From an uncultured Candidatus Saccharibacteria bacterium (lineage in GTDB: Bacteria > Patescibacteriota > Andersenbacteria > UBA10190): a DNA stretch of 64,000 nt. A model generated the notes under the pieces. The model saw only the letters and a list, made by a program, of their open reading frames with translations, searched no databases and was not told the origin of the DNA. The stretch covers positions 3,898 through 67,897 of the forward strand of contig CAYHTZ010000006.1 of assembly GCA_964359735.1 (NCBI GenBank), in the 5' to 3' direction. Both the position numbers and the translations under genes were made by a program. Position 1 is the stretch's first letter. The number at the start of each line of letters is the position of its first letter. This document shows positions 55,808 through 64,000 of this stretch, in pieces.

Positions 55808-56915
55808 GGGAAGAACTTACAACCTCCTCGTAGACTTTCAGGACTTGCTGATACGTGGTTTCCCAATCGAATTTTTTCGCTTGGGCGTAGCCGGCTTCGA
55901 TGAGCTGCTGGCGCAGTGGTGGATCCTGAAACAGTTTTTCTACGGCCTCTCCAATGGCTTCTTCACTATCTGTTTCGACCAGAATTCCGGCGTCGCCCAC
56001 AATTTCCGGCAAGGAACTATTGTTAGCGACAATAGCCGGGCAGCCAGCAGCCATGGATTCTACGGGTGGTAGGCCAAAGCCTTCATATTTGCTGGGATAG
56101 ACGGAGCAGAAGGCATCTTTTAGAATAGCCCCCAGTTGTTCGTGAGATATGTAGCCCGTGAAGACGACACTCTCTTCAATCTTCAAATCTTGCACGAGCT
56201 TCTCGACGGCATGCCGATAGGGGTTGTCCAATTTTTCGCCAATGATTAACAGTCGAAAATCAGGATGACTCTGGCGAATTTTTACAAATGCCCGAACCAA
56301 GAGGTCAATATTTTTTCGAGCGTCGAAACCGCCGAAGTATATCAGGTATGGAGCATGTTCTTTAAAAGGATTTTCTCCATCCATCTTCAATTTTTCCGCA
56401 CCGTTATAAATGACTTGTGATTTATCTTTGGCCTCGGGGAAATATTTACTGACGTCTTTCTGACTGTTTTGAGAGACACAAATAATTTTCTTAGCGCGGT
56501 GGACAGCCAGGCCATAGGCGAGATAGCGGCAGAAATAGTCGGTTTGATTTTTGGGTAAGATGAGCGGAATAACATCGTGCACTGTGACGATACTAGGAAT
56601 AGATGTATCTGGAATGCCGTCGTTTTCCACAGCGTGGTAGAGATCCGGTTTTGTTTGCTCAAGAACGGTAGGAATGACTTCTTCTTCCCAAACGATTTTT
56701 CCGAGCTCCACATTCTTAAAGCGAGGTTTATCAATACTTACGTGGGTTACTTGCTTTGAGAATTGGGATGGGATTTCCCAAAATAATTCATCATATTGAG
56801 TGATAAGCACCACCTCATGTCCATCACGCAGCAGTCGATTCAGGATATTGATAAGGTGAATTCCCACGCCACTGGGTTTACGCTCAATCTCGCGGGCATC
56901 AAAGGCGATATGCAT
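55791..56915 (-). CDS. family 4 (GT-B) glycosyltransferase
   Basis: EGFGLPPVESMAAGCPAIV. Confidence 0.85.
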   Translation of the reverse strand: MHIAFDAREIERKPSGVGIHLINILNRLLRDGHEVVLITQYDELFWEIPSQFSKQVTHVSIDKPRFKNVELGKIVWEEEVIPTVLEQTKPDLYHAVENDGIPDTSIPSIVTVHDVIPLILPKNQTDYFCRYLAYGLAVHRAKKIICVSQNSQKDVSKYFPEAKDKSQVIYNGAEKLKMDGENPFKEHAPYLIYFGGFDARKNIDLLVRAFVKIRQSHPDFRLLIIGEKLDNPYRHAVEKLVQDLKIEESVVFTGYISHEQLGAILKDAFCSVYPSKYEGFGLPPVESMAAGCPAIVANNSSLPEIVGDAGILVETDSEEAIGEAVEKLFQDPPLRQQLIEAGYAQAKKFDWETTYQQVLKVYEEVVSSSHAKRS

Positions 56916-56917
56916 AT

Positions 56918-57679
56918 TTACGATCGATATCGATTCAAAATAAACTCCACTACAGCTGTTGTATTTATCTTCTTTTTGTCAGTTTCCATACGGGAGGTAG
57001 GGTGTTGGCGGTAATGATAGAGGAGGCCTGGGGTTTTTACTGCCTTTCCGGTTTTAATAGCACGGATGAGCCAATCGAGATCGCCGGCGTAGGGAAGGCT
57101 CTCATCCCAGTATCCAGTTTTGGTGAGGAACTCGCGACGGAACATAACCGAGAGGTGATGAACAGGATACTCATGGGTGCGCTCACTGTGAGGTAAGAAA
57201 AAGTCGGCGAGCATTCGTTCGGCTGGCCAATCTTCAGCGGGAATAGTTTTGATAACGTTACCCTCTGGGTCAATTTTATCGATGTCGCCGTGAGTAAAAT
57301 CTGATTCCGAGTGATTTTCGAGCGTGGCAACTCGTTTCGCGAGAGTGTCGGCAGGCCAGAGGTCGTCGCTGTGGATCCACGTTATATATTTCCCTTGCGC
57401 GGCACGCAGCCCTAAGTTTGTCGTAGGGTATTCACCTCGGTTAATTTGGTGAATAGAGATAATTCGTTCATCTTCGGCGAGTTTCTTCTCAATAATTTCT
57501 TGTGTGTTATCTGAGCTTCCGTCGTTGATAACAATACATTCGAAGTCGGAGAATGACTGGCTCAACACCGTATCAAGAGCTGCAGGCAAATATTTTTCTC
57601 GATTGTAGGTAGGGACGATAATTGAGACGAGCGGACTCCTCGTTGGAAGTAGCTTGAAGGGTTGTGAAGACGGCGGCAT
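56918..57679 (-). CDS. family 2 glycosyltransferase
   Basis: SIIVPTYNRE...VINDGSSD. Confidence 0.85.
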   Translation of the reverse strand: MPPSSQPFKLLPTRSPLVSIIVPTYNREKYLPAALDTVLSQSFSDFECIVINDGSSDNTQEIIEKKLAEDERIISIHQINRGEYPTTNLGLRAAQGKYITWIHSDDLWPADTLAKRVATLENHSESDFTHGDIDKIDPEGNVIKTIPAEDWPAERMLADFFLPHSERTHEYPVHHLSVMFRREFLTKTGYWDESLPYAGDLDWLIRAIKTGKAVKTPGLLYHYRQHPTSRMETDKKKINTTAVVEFILNRYRS

Positions 57680-57694
57680 ACGACGAGCGTATCA

Positions 57695-58837
57695 TCAGCC
57701 TTGTGATTGCTCAATAATAGCCTTGTATACGTAGGCACTGGGCCGCGGCTTGCGCTCAAGGGTTTGGTAATTTACCTCCACTAGACCGTAGCGAGGGGTG
57801 AAGCCTAAATCCCACTCGAAATTGTCTAAGAGCGACCAGTGCAAGTAGCCGAGCACGTGAGCTCCCTGAGCCTGAGCAACTTCCACGGCGCGAAGGTGGC
57901 TGCGAATAAAGTTGGCGCGGAGTTTATCTTGGGAATCGGCCAGCCCGTTCTCAGTTACATAGATCGGCAATTGAAAACTTCCCAGGGAAAGTAAGATCTC
58001 CGTTAAGCCTTCGGGGTAGATGGGCGCACCCGTATCGGAACGCAGATTATGAGGATTTTTATTATGTGGGGGTGAGTAATAATTGACTCCGATAAAATCG
58101 TGCGCGCCGGTGGTGGCCTGAAAAAACATTGTATTCCACCACCACTTACGAAGTGGGGTTGTGGTGGTTGTAAAAACGTTAGCAATACCTACTTGCGCTT
58201 GGGGAAAGTGCTGATGAATTATTTTGTATGCTAGCTTGTGGGCTTGAGCAAACATGCTTCTCATTCGGAGAACTCGGGTAGTGCGCTTCCAGAGAGAGGC
58301 AGGAGTGGGCGATTTTTCGGCGACTGGTGGCCAGGCTCCCTTCCAACCTACTTGGTTGAGATACACTACAGGCTCGTTTAGGGTTATCCAAAAATCAACT
58401 AGGTCCCCGAGTTCGTTAGCAATTTTGTCGGTGTATTCTGCGAAGAGAATGGGGGTATGCGGGTTTTCCCAGCCACCCTGCTGCGACACCCAAATAGGGT
58501 TCGTGAAATGGTGCAGAGTTACGAACGATTTTAATCCTAAGCGGCGCAGTTCAGTTAGCACATCGCGATAGTGGGCAATCTCGCGCTGGTTCCAGGTGTT
58601 CGGAGCCGGTTGAATTCTACTCCACTCAATAGAAAGGCGATGCGCGGTATGGCCGAGCGATTTGGCGAGCGCAAAATCTTCTCGGAAGCGGTGGTAGTGA
58701 TCGGTGGCCTTGCTGGAGTGCTCCATTCCTGGTGTGGCTTTTTCCCATGCCCACCAATCGTTGTGGACATTGCCGCCCTCCGTTTGATAGGCGCTGCCCC
58801 CAGCGCCATAGAGAAATTTCTTCTCCCTCATAGTCAT
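57695..58837 (-). CDS. GH1 beta-glucosidase
   Basis: LNEP and TENG catalytic motifs, YGAGGSAYQTEG N-terminus. Confidence 0.85.
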   Translation of the reverse strand: MTMREKKFLYGAGGSAYQTEGGNVHNDWWAWEKATPGMEHSSKATDHYHRFREDFALAKSLGHTAHRLSIEWSRIQPAPNTWNQREIAHYRDVLTELRRLGLKSFVTLHHFTNPIWVSQQGGWENPHTPILFAEYTDKIANELGDLVDFWITLNEPVVYLNQVGWKGAWPPVAEKSPTPASLWKRTTRVLRMRSMFAQAHKLAYKIIHQHFPQAQVGIANVFTTTTTPLRKWWWNTMFFQATTGAHDFIGVNYYSPPHNKNPHNLRSDTGAPIYPEGLTEILLSLGSFQLPIYVTENGLADSQDKLRANFIRSHLRAVEVAQAQGAHVLGYLHWSLLDNFEWDLGFTPRYGLVEVNYQTLERKPRPSAYVYKAIIEQSQG

Positions 58838-58905
58838 AGTATGCCACGAGTTTTGTGAACGTCGTGTTCGCACTCACAATAAAGTATCAGTATAATCAAT
58901 TAATG

Positions 58906-60054
58906 AAGTTTGGAGTCATTGGGTCAATAGCCAAACCTACTCATTCTGAAGCTATGGGAGGAATCGAGGTATGGACTGCTCTTTTTTTGTTAGAATCGAT
59001 TAAGCGAGGGCATGTTTTTGACTTGTTTGCTCTGAAAGGGTCAATAGAAGTAACAAATCAAATCAGGCTCATAGAAGTACTTAAAAAGGGCCTAGATGTG
59101 ATTAAGAATAATCCATTTTTTAAGAGTAAGAGCAAGCTTTCGGGTGAACATAATGGCATGTTACTGATGGATGTGTCTTTCTCCCGAATGATGGTTCTTC
59201 TTAAGGAGAAGCAGCAAGACTACGATATTGTTATTAATAATTCGGCTAGCCCGCTGTTTACAGTTAACTGGGATCTTTATCAGAAACCTCTTTTGAATAT
59301 AGGTCACTTTTCTGCGGCTGAGCCGTACGTAAGTTACTTTGACTATTTCCCATTGCCGCCTCACTGTTTCTTTGTGTTTCCTAGTAGGCGTGAGTATGAA
59401 TTAGCAGCTAGGGTACCGGACCAGCAAAAATTCCATATTCCTCATGGTATAGATATCAGCAAAATTCCCTTTGAAGCAGGTACAGGCAAAAACATGCTAT
59501 GGGTGGGAAGATTAGATCCAGTGGCGCGTAAAGGTGCTCCTGAAGCGATTGCTATTTCTAATAAAATGGAAATACCTATCAATGTCTATACTTATATTGA
59601 GGATACTCATTATTTTGATACCGCAGTTAAACCACTATTCACCGCATATACCCACTTTCAGACAAATATTCCTCGCACAGAATATTTCAAAGATGCCAAG
59701 CTCTTTTTATTCCCTTTGCAATGGGAAGAGCCTTTTGGCTTCACTATTGTTGAGGCAATGGCTAGTGGCACGCCCGTGGTTGCCTATGCGAAAGGAGCAA
59801 TCCCAGAGATCATCAAAGATGGTGAAACAGGTTTCATTGTTAATGCCTCAGAAGATGATCGACGAGGAAACTGGATGATCACAAAAACGGGGGAGGAAGG
59901 TATGTTTGAGGCTGTTGAGAGAATTTATTCACTGCCTTTGGAGCGTTATCAAGCAATGCGAAGAGCATGCCGCGAGCACGTTGAAAGAAGCTTTACGGTT
60001 GAGAAGATGGTTGATGGCTATGAGAAAGCCTATTCAGCTATTCTCGAAAGATAG
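58906..60054 (+). CDS. family 4 glycosyltransferase (lower GC)
   Basis: EPFGFTIVEAMASGTPVV. Confidence 0.8.
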   Translation, partial: KFGVIGSIAKPTHSEAMGGIEVWTALFLLESIKRGHVFDLFALKGSIEVTNQIRLIEVLKKGLDVIKNNPFFKSKSKLSGEHNGMLLMDVSFSRMMVLLKEKQQDYDIVINNSASPLFTVNWDLYQKPLLNIGHFSAAEPYVSYFDYFPLPPHCFFVFPSRREYELAARVPDQQKFHIPHGIDISKIPFEAGTGKNMLWVGRLDPVARKGAPEAIAISNKMEIPINVYTYIEDTHYFDTAVKPLFTAYTHFQTNIPRTEYFKDAKLFLFPLQWEEPFGFTIVEAMASGTPVVAYAKGAIPEIIKDGETGFIVNASEDDRRGNWMITKTGEEGMFEAVERIYSLPLERYQAMRRACREHVERSFTVEKMVDGYEKAYSAILER

Positions 60055-60069
60055 GCGGGGTAGTGCAAC

Positions 60070-61251
60070 TTACTGAGTAAGTAGCTGGGCAAGCTTCACG
60101 AACACGGCGTTGGTCCAGCCAAAACCCTTCTGGGTGGGGTAGCGATCAGCTTTGCCGATTTCCCCCGTGACCACGTTGTATTTTTCCCAGAGGTGGCCGG
60201 TTTTCTTGAGTAGGCGATGATTCAGATCAAGCCACTTTTCGGCAATGCGTTTGACATCTTCCTTGAAGCCATAGTTTAAGAGCCCTTGGACTACAATCCA
60301 CTGTTGGTGTGGCCAGCCGTTGGGGTAATCGTGCTGATTGAAGTTTTTGGAGAGCCCGTTTTTTTGGGTATTGGCGAGGCCGTGAGCGTATTCGAATTTC
60401 TTCAGGTTGCGGCGCACTTTTTCAGCTTGAGCAAGAGTGGCCAACTTGGCCCAGAGGGGATGGAACCCAGCGGTGGAGTAGAAAGCACCGCGGCGGTTGT
60501 GAGCATAATCGTAATCAAAGAAGAAGCCTTTGCGGCTGTTCCACATGAGTTTGTTCATGGTGGCCTGCCGCTGCTTTGCCTGCTTGACATAGTGGTCCCG
60601 TTTTTCGCCGTTACCCAACAGGCCATAGATATCGCTAAGATCTGTCTCGTACTTATACAGCAAGCAGTTGAGGTCTACCGGCAAGAAGTCGAGACAGCGC
60701 TCGTCGAAGCGGCTGGTCATGTCCCAGCCGGATTCGTGCTCGGCGGTGAGGTGCATGACATAGTGATCGCAGTAGCGGGAGAGTCCTTGGAAAACGAGGT
60801 GTTTTTCGGCCCGCGCTGCTTTCTTATCCATCCAATAATTCTCCAATTCACTCTCCGCGACTTCGGCGGCTTGCGCTAACCAGTTTTTATCTTGAGTGGC
60901 ATTGAATATTTCGCGGATCATTGAGGTTAAAAATGGCGGCTGAGACATGCCGAGGTTATAGAAGCGGTTGCGTGATGGGATGATGCCGAAACGCCGGTAC
61001 AAGTAAAGAAAGTTGTCTACCATGCCCTTCGCCAGCTCGCCTTTGCCAGAAGCAACGAGTCCGAGAATAATGGTGTAGCTGTCCCAATAAAATTGATCAC
61101 TGGCGTAGTTACCTTCAGCGGGGGATGGTGCTATGAATGGATTCGGCAGACCGATGATGATGCCCTTGTCTTGAGGGTGCGAGAAAGTCAGCTTCGGCCA
61201 GTAGTCCTCGATGTAGGCTAGTGTCGAGTTGTAGTCAGGTAAAGGACTCAT
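60070..61251 (-). CDS. trehalase (GH37)
   Basis: QFYWDSY and GFGWTN signatures; start trimmed to MSPLPDY to avoid overlap with zwf. Confidence 0.8.
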   Translation of the reverse strand: MSPLPDYNSTLAYIEDYWPKLTFSHPQDKGIIIGLPNPFIAPSPAEGNYASDQFYWDSYTIILGLVASGKGELAKGMVDNFLYLYRRFGIIPSRNRFYNLGMSQPPFLTSMIREIFNATQDKNWLAQAAEVAESELENYWMDKKAARAEKHLVFQGLSRYCDHYVMHLTAEHESGWDMTSRFDERCLDFLPVDLNCLLYKYETDLSDIYGLLGNGEKRDHYVKQAKQRQATMNKLMWNSRKGFFFDYDYAHNRRGAFYSTAGFHPLWAKLATLAQAEKVRRNLKKFEYAHGLANTQKNGLSKNFNQHDYPNGWPHQQWIVVQGLLNYGFKEDVKRIAEKWLDLNHRLLKKTGHLWEKYNVVTGEIGKADRYPTQKGFGWTNAVFVKLAQLLTQ

Positions 61252-61330
61252 GCTGGCGCAATGATAATCGCTGGTTGGCGGATTGGCAATATGCCGTACC
61301 CACAATGTGATAACAAGGTATGATACATAC

Positions 61331-63733
61331 ATGGCGAAGCTGGTTGAAGAAATTTTCCCAACTATTTTTGTGATACTGGGAGCCACTGGCGATTTAGCCA
61401 AGAAAAAGCTCATTCCGGCGCTGTGGCAGCTGTACAAGGCTGGGGAGCTGCCGCCGCTGTTGCAGATTGTGGGGCTTTCCAAGGACACGCTGAGCGATGA
61501 GGAGTACCGCGATTGGGCGAGAGACGTGATTCAGCAAAGCGGTACCCAGAAGGCAGGCAGCAGCCGGCAACTGCAAGAGTTTTGCCAGAGGCTTGTGTAT
61601 GAGACGGGCCAGTTTGAAGATATGGTCGCGTATAAGCGTTTAGGGGAAAGGATGGGCCGAGTAGACGACGAGTGGCGGCTGTGCACCAACAAGCTGTTTT
61701 ACATCGCAGCTTCGCCTATCCACTACCAGACTATTTTTCAAAATTTAGCGGCCTCGCGCCTGACGGAGCCGTGCAGCCCGGAGGAAGGCTGGACGCGCGT
61801 GATGGTAGAGAAGCCGTTTGGGAAGGATTTAGCTACGGCGCAGGAGTTAGATACGATGCTCGGGCGGCTCTTTCGCGAAGAACAAATTTACCGGGTGGAC
61901 CATTACCTGGGGAAAGATACGGTGCGGAACTTACTTACCTTTCGCTTTTCGAACTCATTCTTAGAGCCGGCTTGGAACGCGCGAGGCATCGACCACATTC
62001 ACATTCGGGTTTTTGAGAAAGACGGAGTGGAAGAGCGGGGGCAATTTTACGACGGCATAGGGGCACTGCGGGATGTCGGGCAAAATCACATGCTGCAGCT
62101 CTTGGCGCTTATCGCCATGGAGAACCCGGGAACGTTTGACGCTGACTCTATTCGCCGCGAGCGCGCCAAGGTTTTGGAAATGCTGGAAGGTATGGACCGC
62201 CAAGATATTGTCCGCCAGACAGTCCGCGCTCAGTACGATGGCTATAGGCAGATTCTGGGAGTGGCACCGGATTCAAATACGGAAACTTATTTTTCCATTC
62301 AGACGTACCTGAAGTCGGCACGCTGGGCGGGAGTGCCTATCTGGTTAAAATCTGGGAAACGCATGCCGGAGGCGGCCGTGGAAGTAGCTGTGCATTTCCG
62401 GCATCAGGTGCCGTGCCTCTGTCCGCCGGGAAAGCACTATACCAATGTGCTTACCTACCGCATACAGCCGCATGAGGGAGTAACCACCTCGTTTTGGGTG
62501 AAGCGGCCGGGAGCAGATATGCAAATCGAAAAGCAAGATTTCTCCTTTGATTACAAAGCTGCGTACGAGGGAAAGTTTATGAATGAGTACATGAAGCTTC
62601 TGATTGATATGTTCCGGGGCGACCAAACATTGTTTGTGAGCACGGATGAGATTATGGCGGAGTGGAAATTTGTGGACCCCATTTTGCATGCGTGGGGGGA
62701 AAATGTAGTGCCGCTCGAGACGTATGAACCGGGGACGGTGCCCAAGGCTGCCCACGATATGGACGGCATGAAGATGCCGCGTAAGCGCATTGGTTATATT
62801 GGCTTGGGTAAGATGGGGTTCAATATGGTGCAGCGTCTCTTAGACCATCACTGGGAAGTAGTGGCTAGCGACCCAAACCAGGAAGCGCGCGAGAAGGCGC
62901 AGGCAGCGGGAGCGAAGGCGGTAGAAACAGCGGCGGATGTGGTAAAGACCCTTCGACCGTCTCGACAGGCTCGAGGTAAACACGCTCAGGGTGATCCAGA
63001 TCAGAAACTCCTGATCTGGATCATGGTGCCACACAATGTTGTGGATGAGGTATTGAAAGAAATTGCGCCGCACTTAGAGAAGGGTGATGCTGTGATTGAC
63101 GGAGGCAACTCGAATTACAAAGAGTCAGTGCGCCGAGGAGAAATGCTGGCTGAGAAAGGGATTGAGTACTTAGACATTGGCGTGAGCGGAGGCCCGGAGG
63201 GAGCACGCAAGGGAGCGTGTCTGATGATCGGAGGCAAGCGCGAGGAATACAAAAAGCACGTGGGGCTCTTTAGCGACCTGGCCACAGCGGGAGGATACGA
63301 GTACGTGGGGAAATCTGGCGCGGGGCACTTTGTGAAAATGGTTCACAACGGCATTGAGTACGGCATGATGCAGGCTTTAGGAGAAGGATTCCATATTCTG
63401 AAGGCAGGGGAGGAATTTGACCTCAACTTGGAAGCAGTGGCCAATGTGTATAACCATGGCAGCGTTATCGAGTCGCGCTTAGTAGAATGGCTGAAACGCG
63501 CCTACGACCAGTATGGGCCGGACCTGGCCGATATTTCCGGATCAGTGGAGCATAGCGGCGAGGGATTATGGACGGTGGAGGCTGCGCGGGAACTGAGTGT
63601 GCCCGTAAAAGTGATCGAGGATGCGTTGCAATTCCGGGTGGAATCACAAAAAAATCCTAGCTACACTGGGCAGGTAGTTTCTGCACTGCGCAACCAATTC
63701 GGTGGACACAATGTGAAGAAGAGTAAGCAGTAG
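61331..63733 (+). CDS. zwf: apparent fusion of glucose-6-phosphate dehydrogenase (N-terminal, about 480 aa) and short-form 6-phosphogluconate dehydrogenase (C-terminal, about 320 aa)
   Basis: G6PD ILGATGDLAKKKL and RVDHYLGKD; then MKMPRKRIGYIGLGKMGFNMV (6PGDH NAD-binding) in the same frame with no intervening stop. Confidence 0.75.
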   Translation: MAKLVEEIFPTIFVILGATGDLAKKKLIPALWQLYKAGELPPLLQIVGLSKDTLSDEEYRDWARDVIQQSGTQKAGSSRQLQEFCQRLVYETGQFEDMVAYKRLGERMGRVDDEWRLCTNKLFYIAASPIHYQTIFQNLAASRLTEPCSPEEGWTRVMVEKPFGKDLATAQELDTMLGRLFREEQIYRVDHYLGKDTVRNLLTFRFSNSFLEPAWNARGIDHIHIRVFEKDGVEERGQFYDGIGALRDVGQNHMLQLLALIAMENPGTFDADSIRRERAKVLEMLEGMDRQDIVRQTVRAQYDGYRQILGVAPDSNTETYFSIQTYLKSARWAGVPIWLKSGKRMPEAAVEVAVHFRHQVPCLCPPGKHYTNVLTYRIQPHEGVTTSFWVKRPGADMQIEKQDFSFDYKAAYEGKFMNEYMKLLIDMFRGDQTLFVSTDEIMAEWKFVDPILHAWGENVVPLETYEPGTVPKAAHDMDGMKMPRKRIGYIGLGKMGFNMVQRLLDHHWEVVASDPNQEAREKAQAAGAKAVETAADVVKTLRPSRQARGKHAQGDPDQKLLIWIMVPHNVVDEVLKEIAPHLEKGDAVIDGGNSNYKESVRRGEMLAEKGIEYLDIGVSGGPEGARKGACLMIGGKREEYKKHVGLFSDLATAGGYEYVGKSGAGHFVKMVHNGIEYGMMQALGEGFHILKAGEEFDLNLEAVANVYNHGSVIESRLVEWLKRAYDQYGPDLADISGSVEHSGEGLWTVEAARELSVPVKVIEDALQFRVESQKNPSYTGQVVSALRNQFGGHNVKKSKQ
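62993..63022. repeat. perfect 12-bp inverted repeat GATCCAGATCAG-AAACTC-CTGATCTGGATC inside the gnd-like domain
   Basis: Preceded by imperfect palindrome CCTTCGACCGTCTCGACAGGCTCGAGG (62949-62976); together they encode an about 15-20 aa insert before the conserved LIWIMVP strand. Confidence 0.45.
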
Positions 63734-63752
63734 ACAGTATGTAGAACACAGT

Positions 63753-64000
63753 ATGGAGCTAAAGAATAAAACAATATTGATCACGGGGGGGGCGAGGGTG
63801 GGGCAGTTTGTAGCGGAGGAGCTTTTGGCGGCGGGAGCTAAGCTCGCTATGACCTACGTGAGAGACAAGAGCGAAGTGCATACAAAAGCGAAGGGGTATC
63901 AGCTTGATGTGACGAGCGAGGAGAGCGTTCAAGAGTTGCTACCGGCAGTGGAAAAAGATCTTGGCCAAGTAGATGGTCTCGTGAACATGATCTCAATTTT
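63753..64000 (+). CDS. short-chain dehydrogenase/reductase (N-terminal part, runs off the window)
   Basis: TGG..G.G Rossmann motif ILITGGARVGQ. Confidence 0.6.
   Translation, partial: MELKNKTILITGGARVGQFVAEELLAAGAKLAMTYVRDKSEVHTKAKGYQLDVTSEESVQELLPAVEKDLGQVDGLVNMISI

Noticed and set aside
1-64000. CRISPR arrays, rRNA, transposase or integrase genes
   Set aside because: No regularly spaced direct repeats, no rRNA-like conserved stretches and no recognisable transposase or integrase motifs were seen in any frame. A tRNA scan was by eye only and is not exhaustive.

Overview
This 64 kb window is a compact bacterial chromosome segment of about 55% GC with short intergenic spacers and no rRNA, tRNA or CRISPR array that I could see. 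A small-genome Patescibacteria/CPR-like organism is my guess from composition and gene content, not a demonstrated result. In the provided ORF track a leading 'M' often corresponds to GTG or TTG, so several starts were moved to internal ATG codons that have a Shine-Dalgarno sequence.

Core genes recognised by motif:
- recA.
- An rpsF-ssb-rpsR operon continuing into a NUDIX hydrolase and an RNHCP-domain protein.
- ychF.
- A DUF47 protein with a PiT phosphate transporter.
- murJ.
- An aldehyde dehydrogenase.
- A short PolX (DNA polymerase X family) polymerase.
- A trehalose cluster on the minus strand: otsA, an otsB-like HAD hydrolase, glycosyltransferases, a GH1 beta-glucosidase and a GH37 trehalase.
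- An apparent in-frame zwf-gnd (G6PD/6PGDH) fusion.

Many genes encode secreted or membrane-anchored proteins, some with recognisable domains:
- FN3 repeats with peptidoglycan-binding domains.
- TSP3 calcium-binding repeats.
- Cys-rich repeat proteins.
- A metzincin-like protease.
- A peptidase C39-like protein.

The main novelty candidates, in order of interest:
1. A low-GC island at about 21.96-24.80 kb. It carries a 4-bp-overlapping operon of a MazG-like NTP pyrophosphohydrolase and a PUA-like (EVE/ASCH-type) domain fused to a PD-(D/E)xK nuclease. Two tiny overlapping ORFs and a NYN-domain nuclease follow. This looks like a possible modified-DNA-directed defence module.
2. A secreted protein whose C-terminal 100 residues are about 38% tryptophan. 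The encoding strand was inferred from codon usage.
3. A split, order-permuted rifampicin-phosphotransferase/PEP-synthase-like dikinase with an N-terminal winged helix, encoded next to an APH-like kinase.
4. A family of short GC-rich palindromic or repeat elements found in intergenic regions and also inserted in-frame into ychF, gnd and secreted-protein linkers, reminiscent of rickettsial palindromic elements (RPE).
5. A Cas4-like Fe-S nuclease whose 3' end is duplicated on the far side of an inserted gene.
6. Paired palindromic operator candidates around a TrpR-family gene.
7. A multi-hairpin 5' leader upstream of a DMT transporter.
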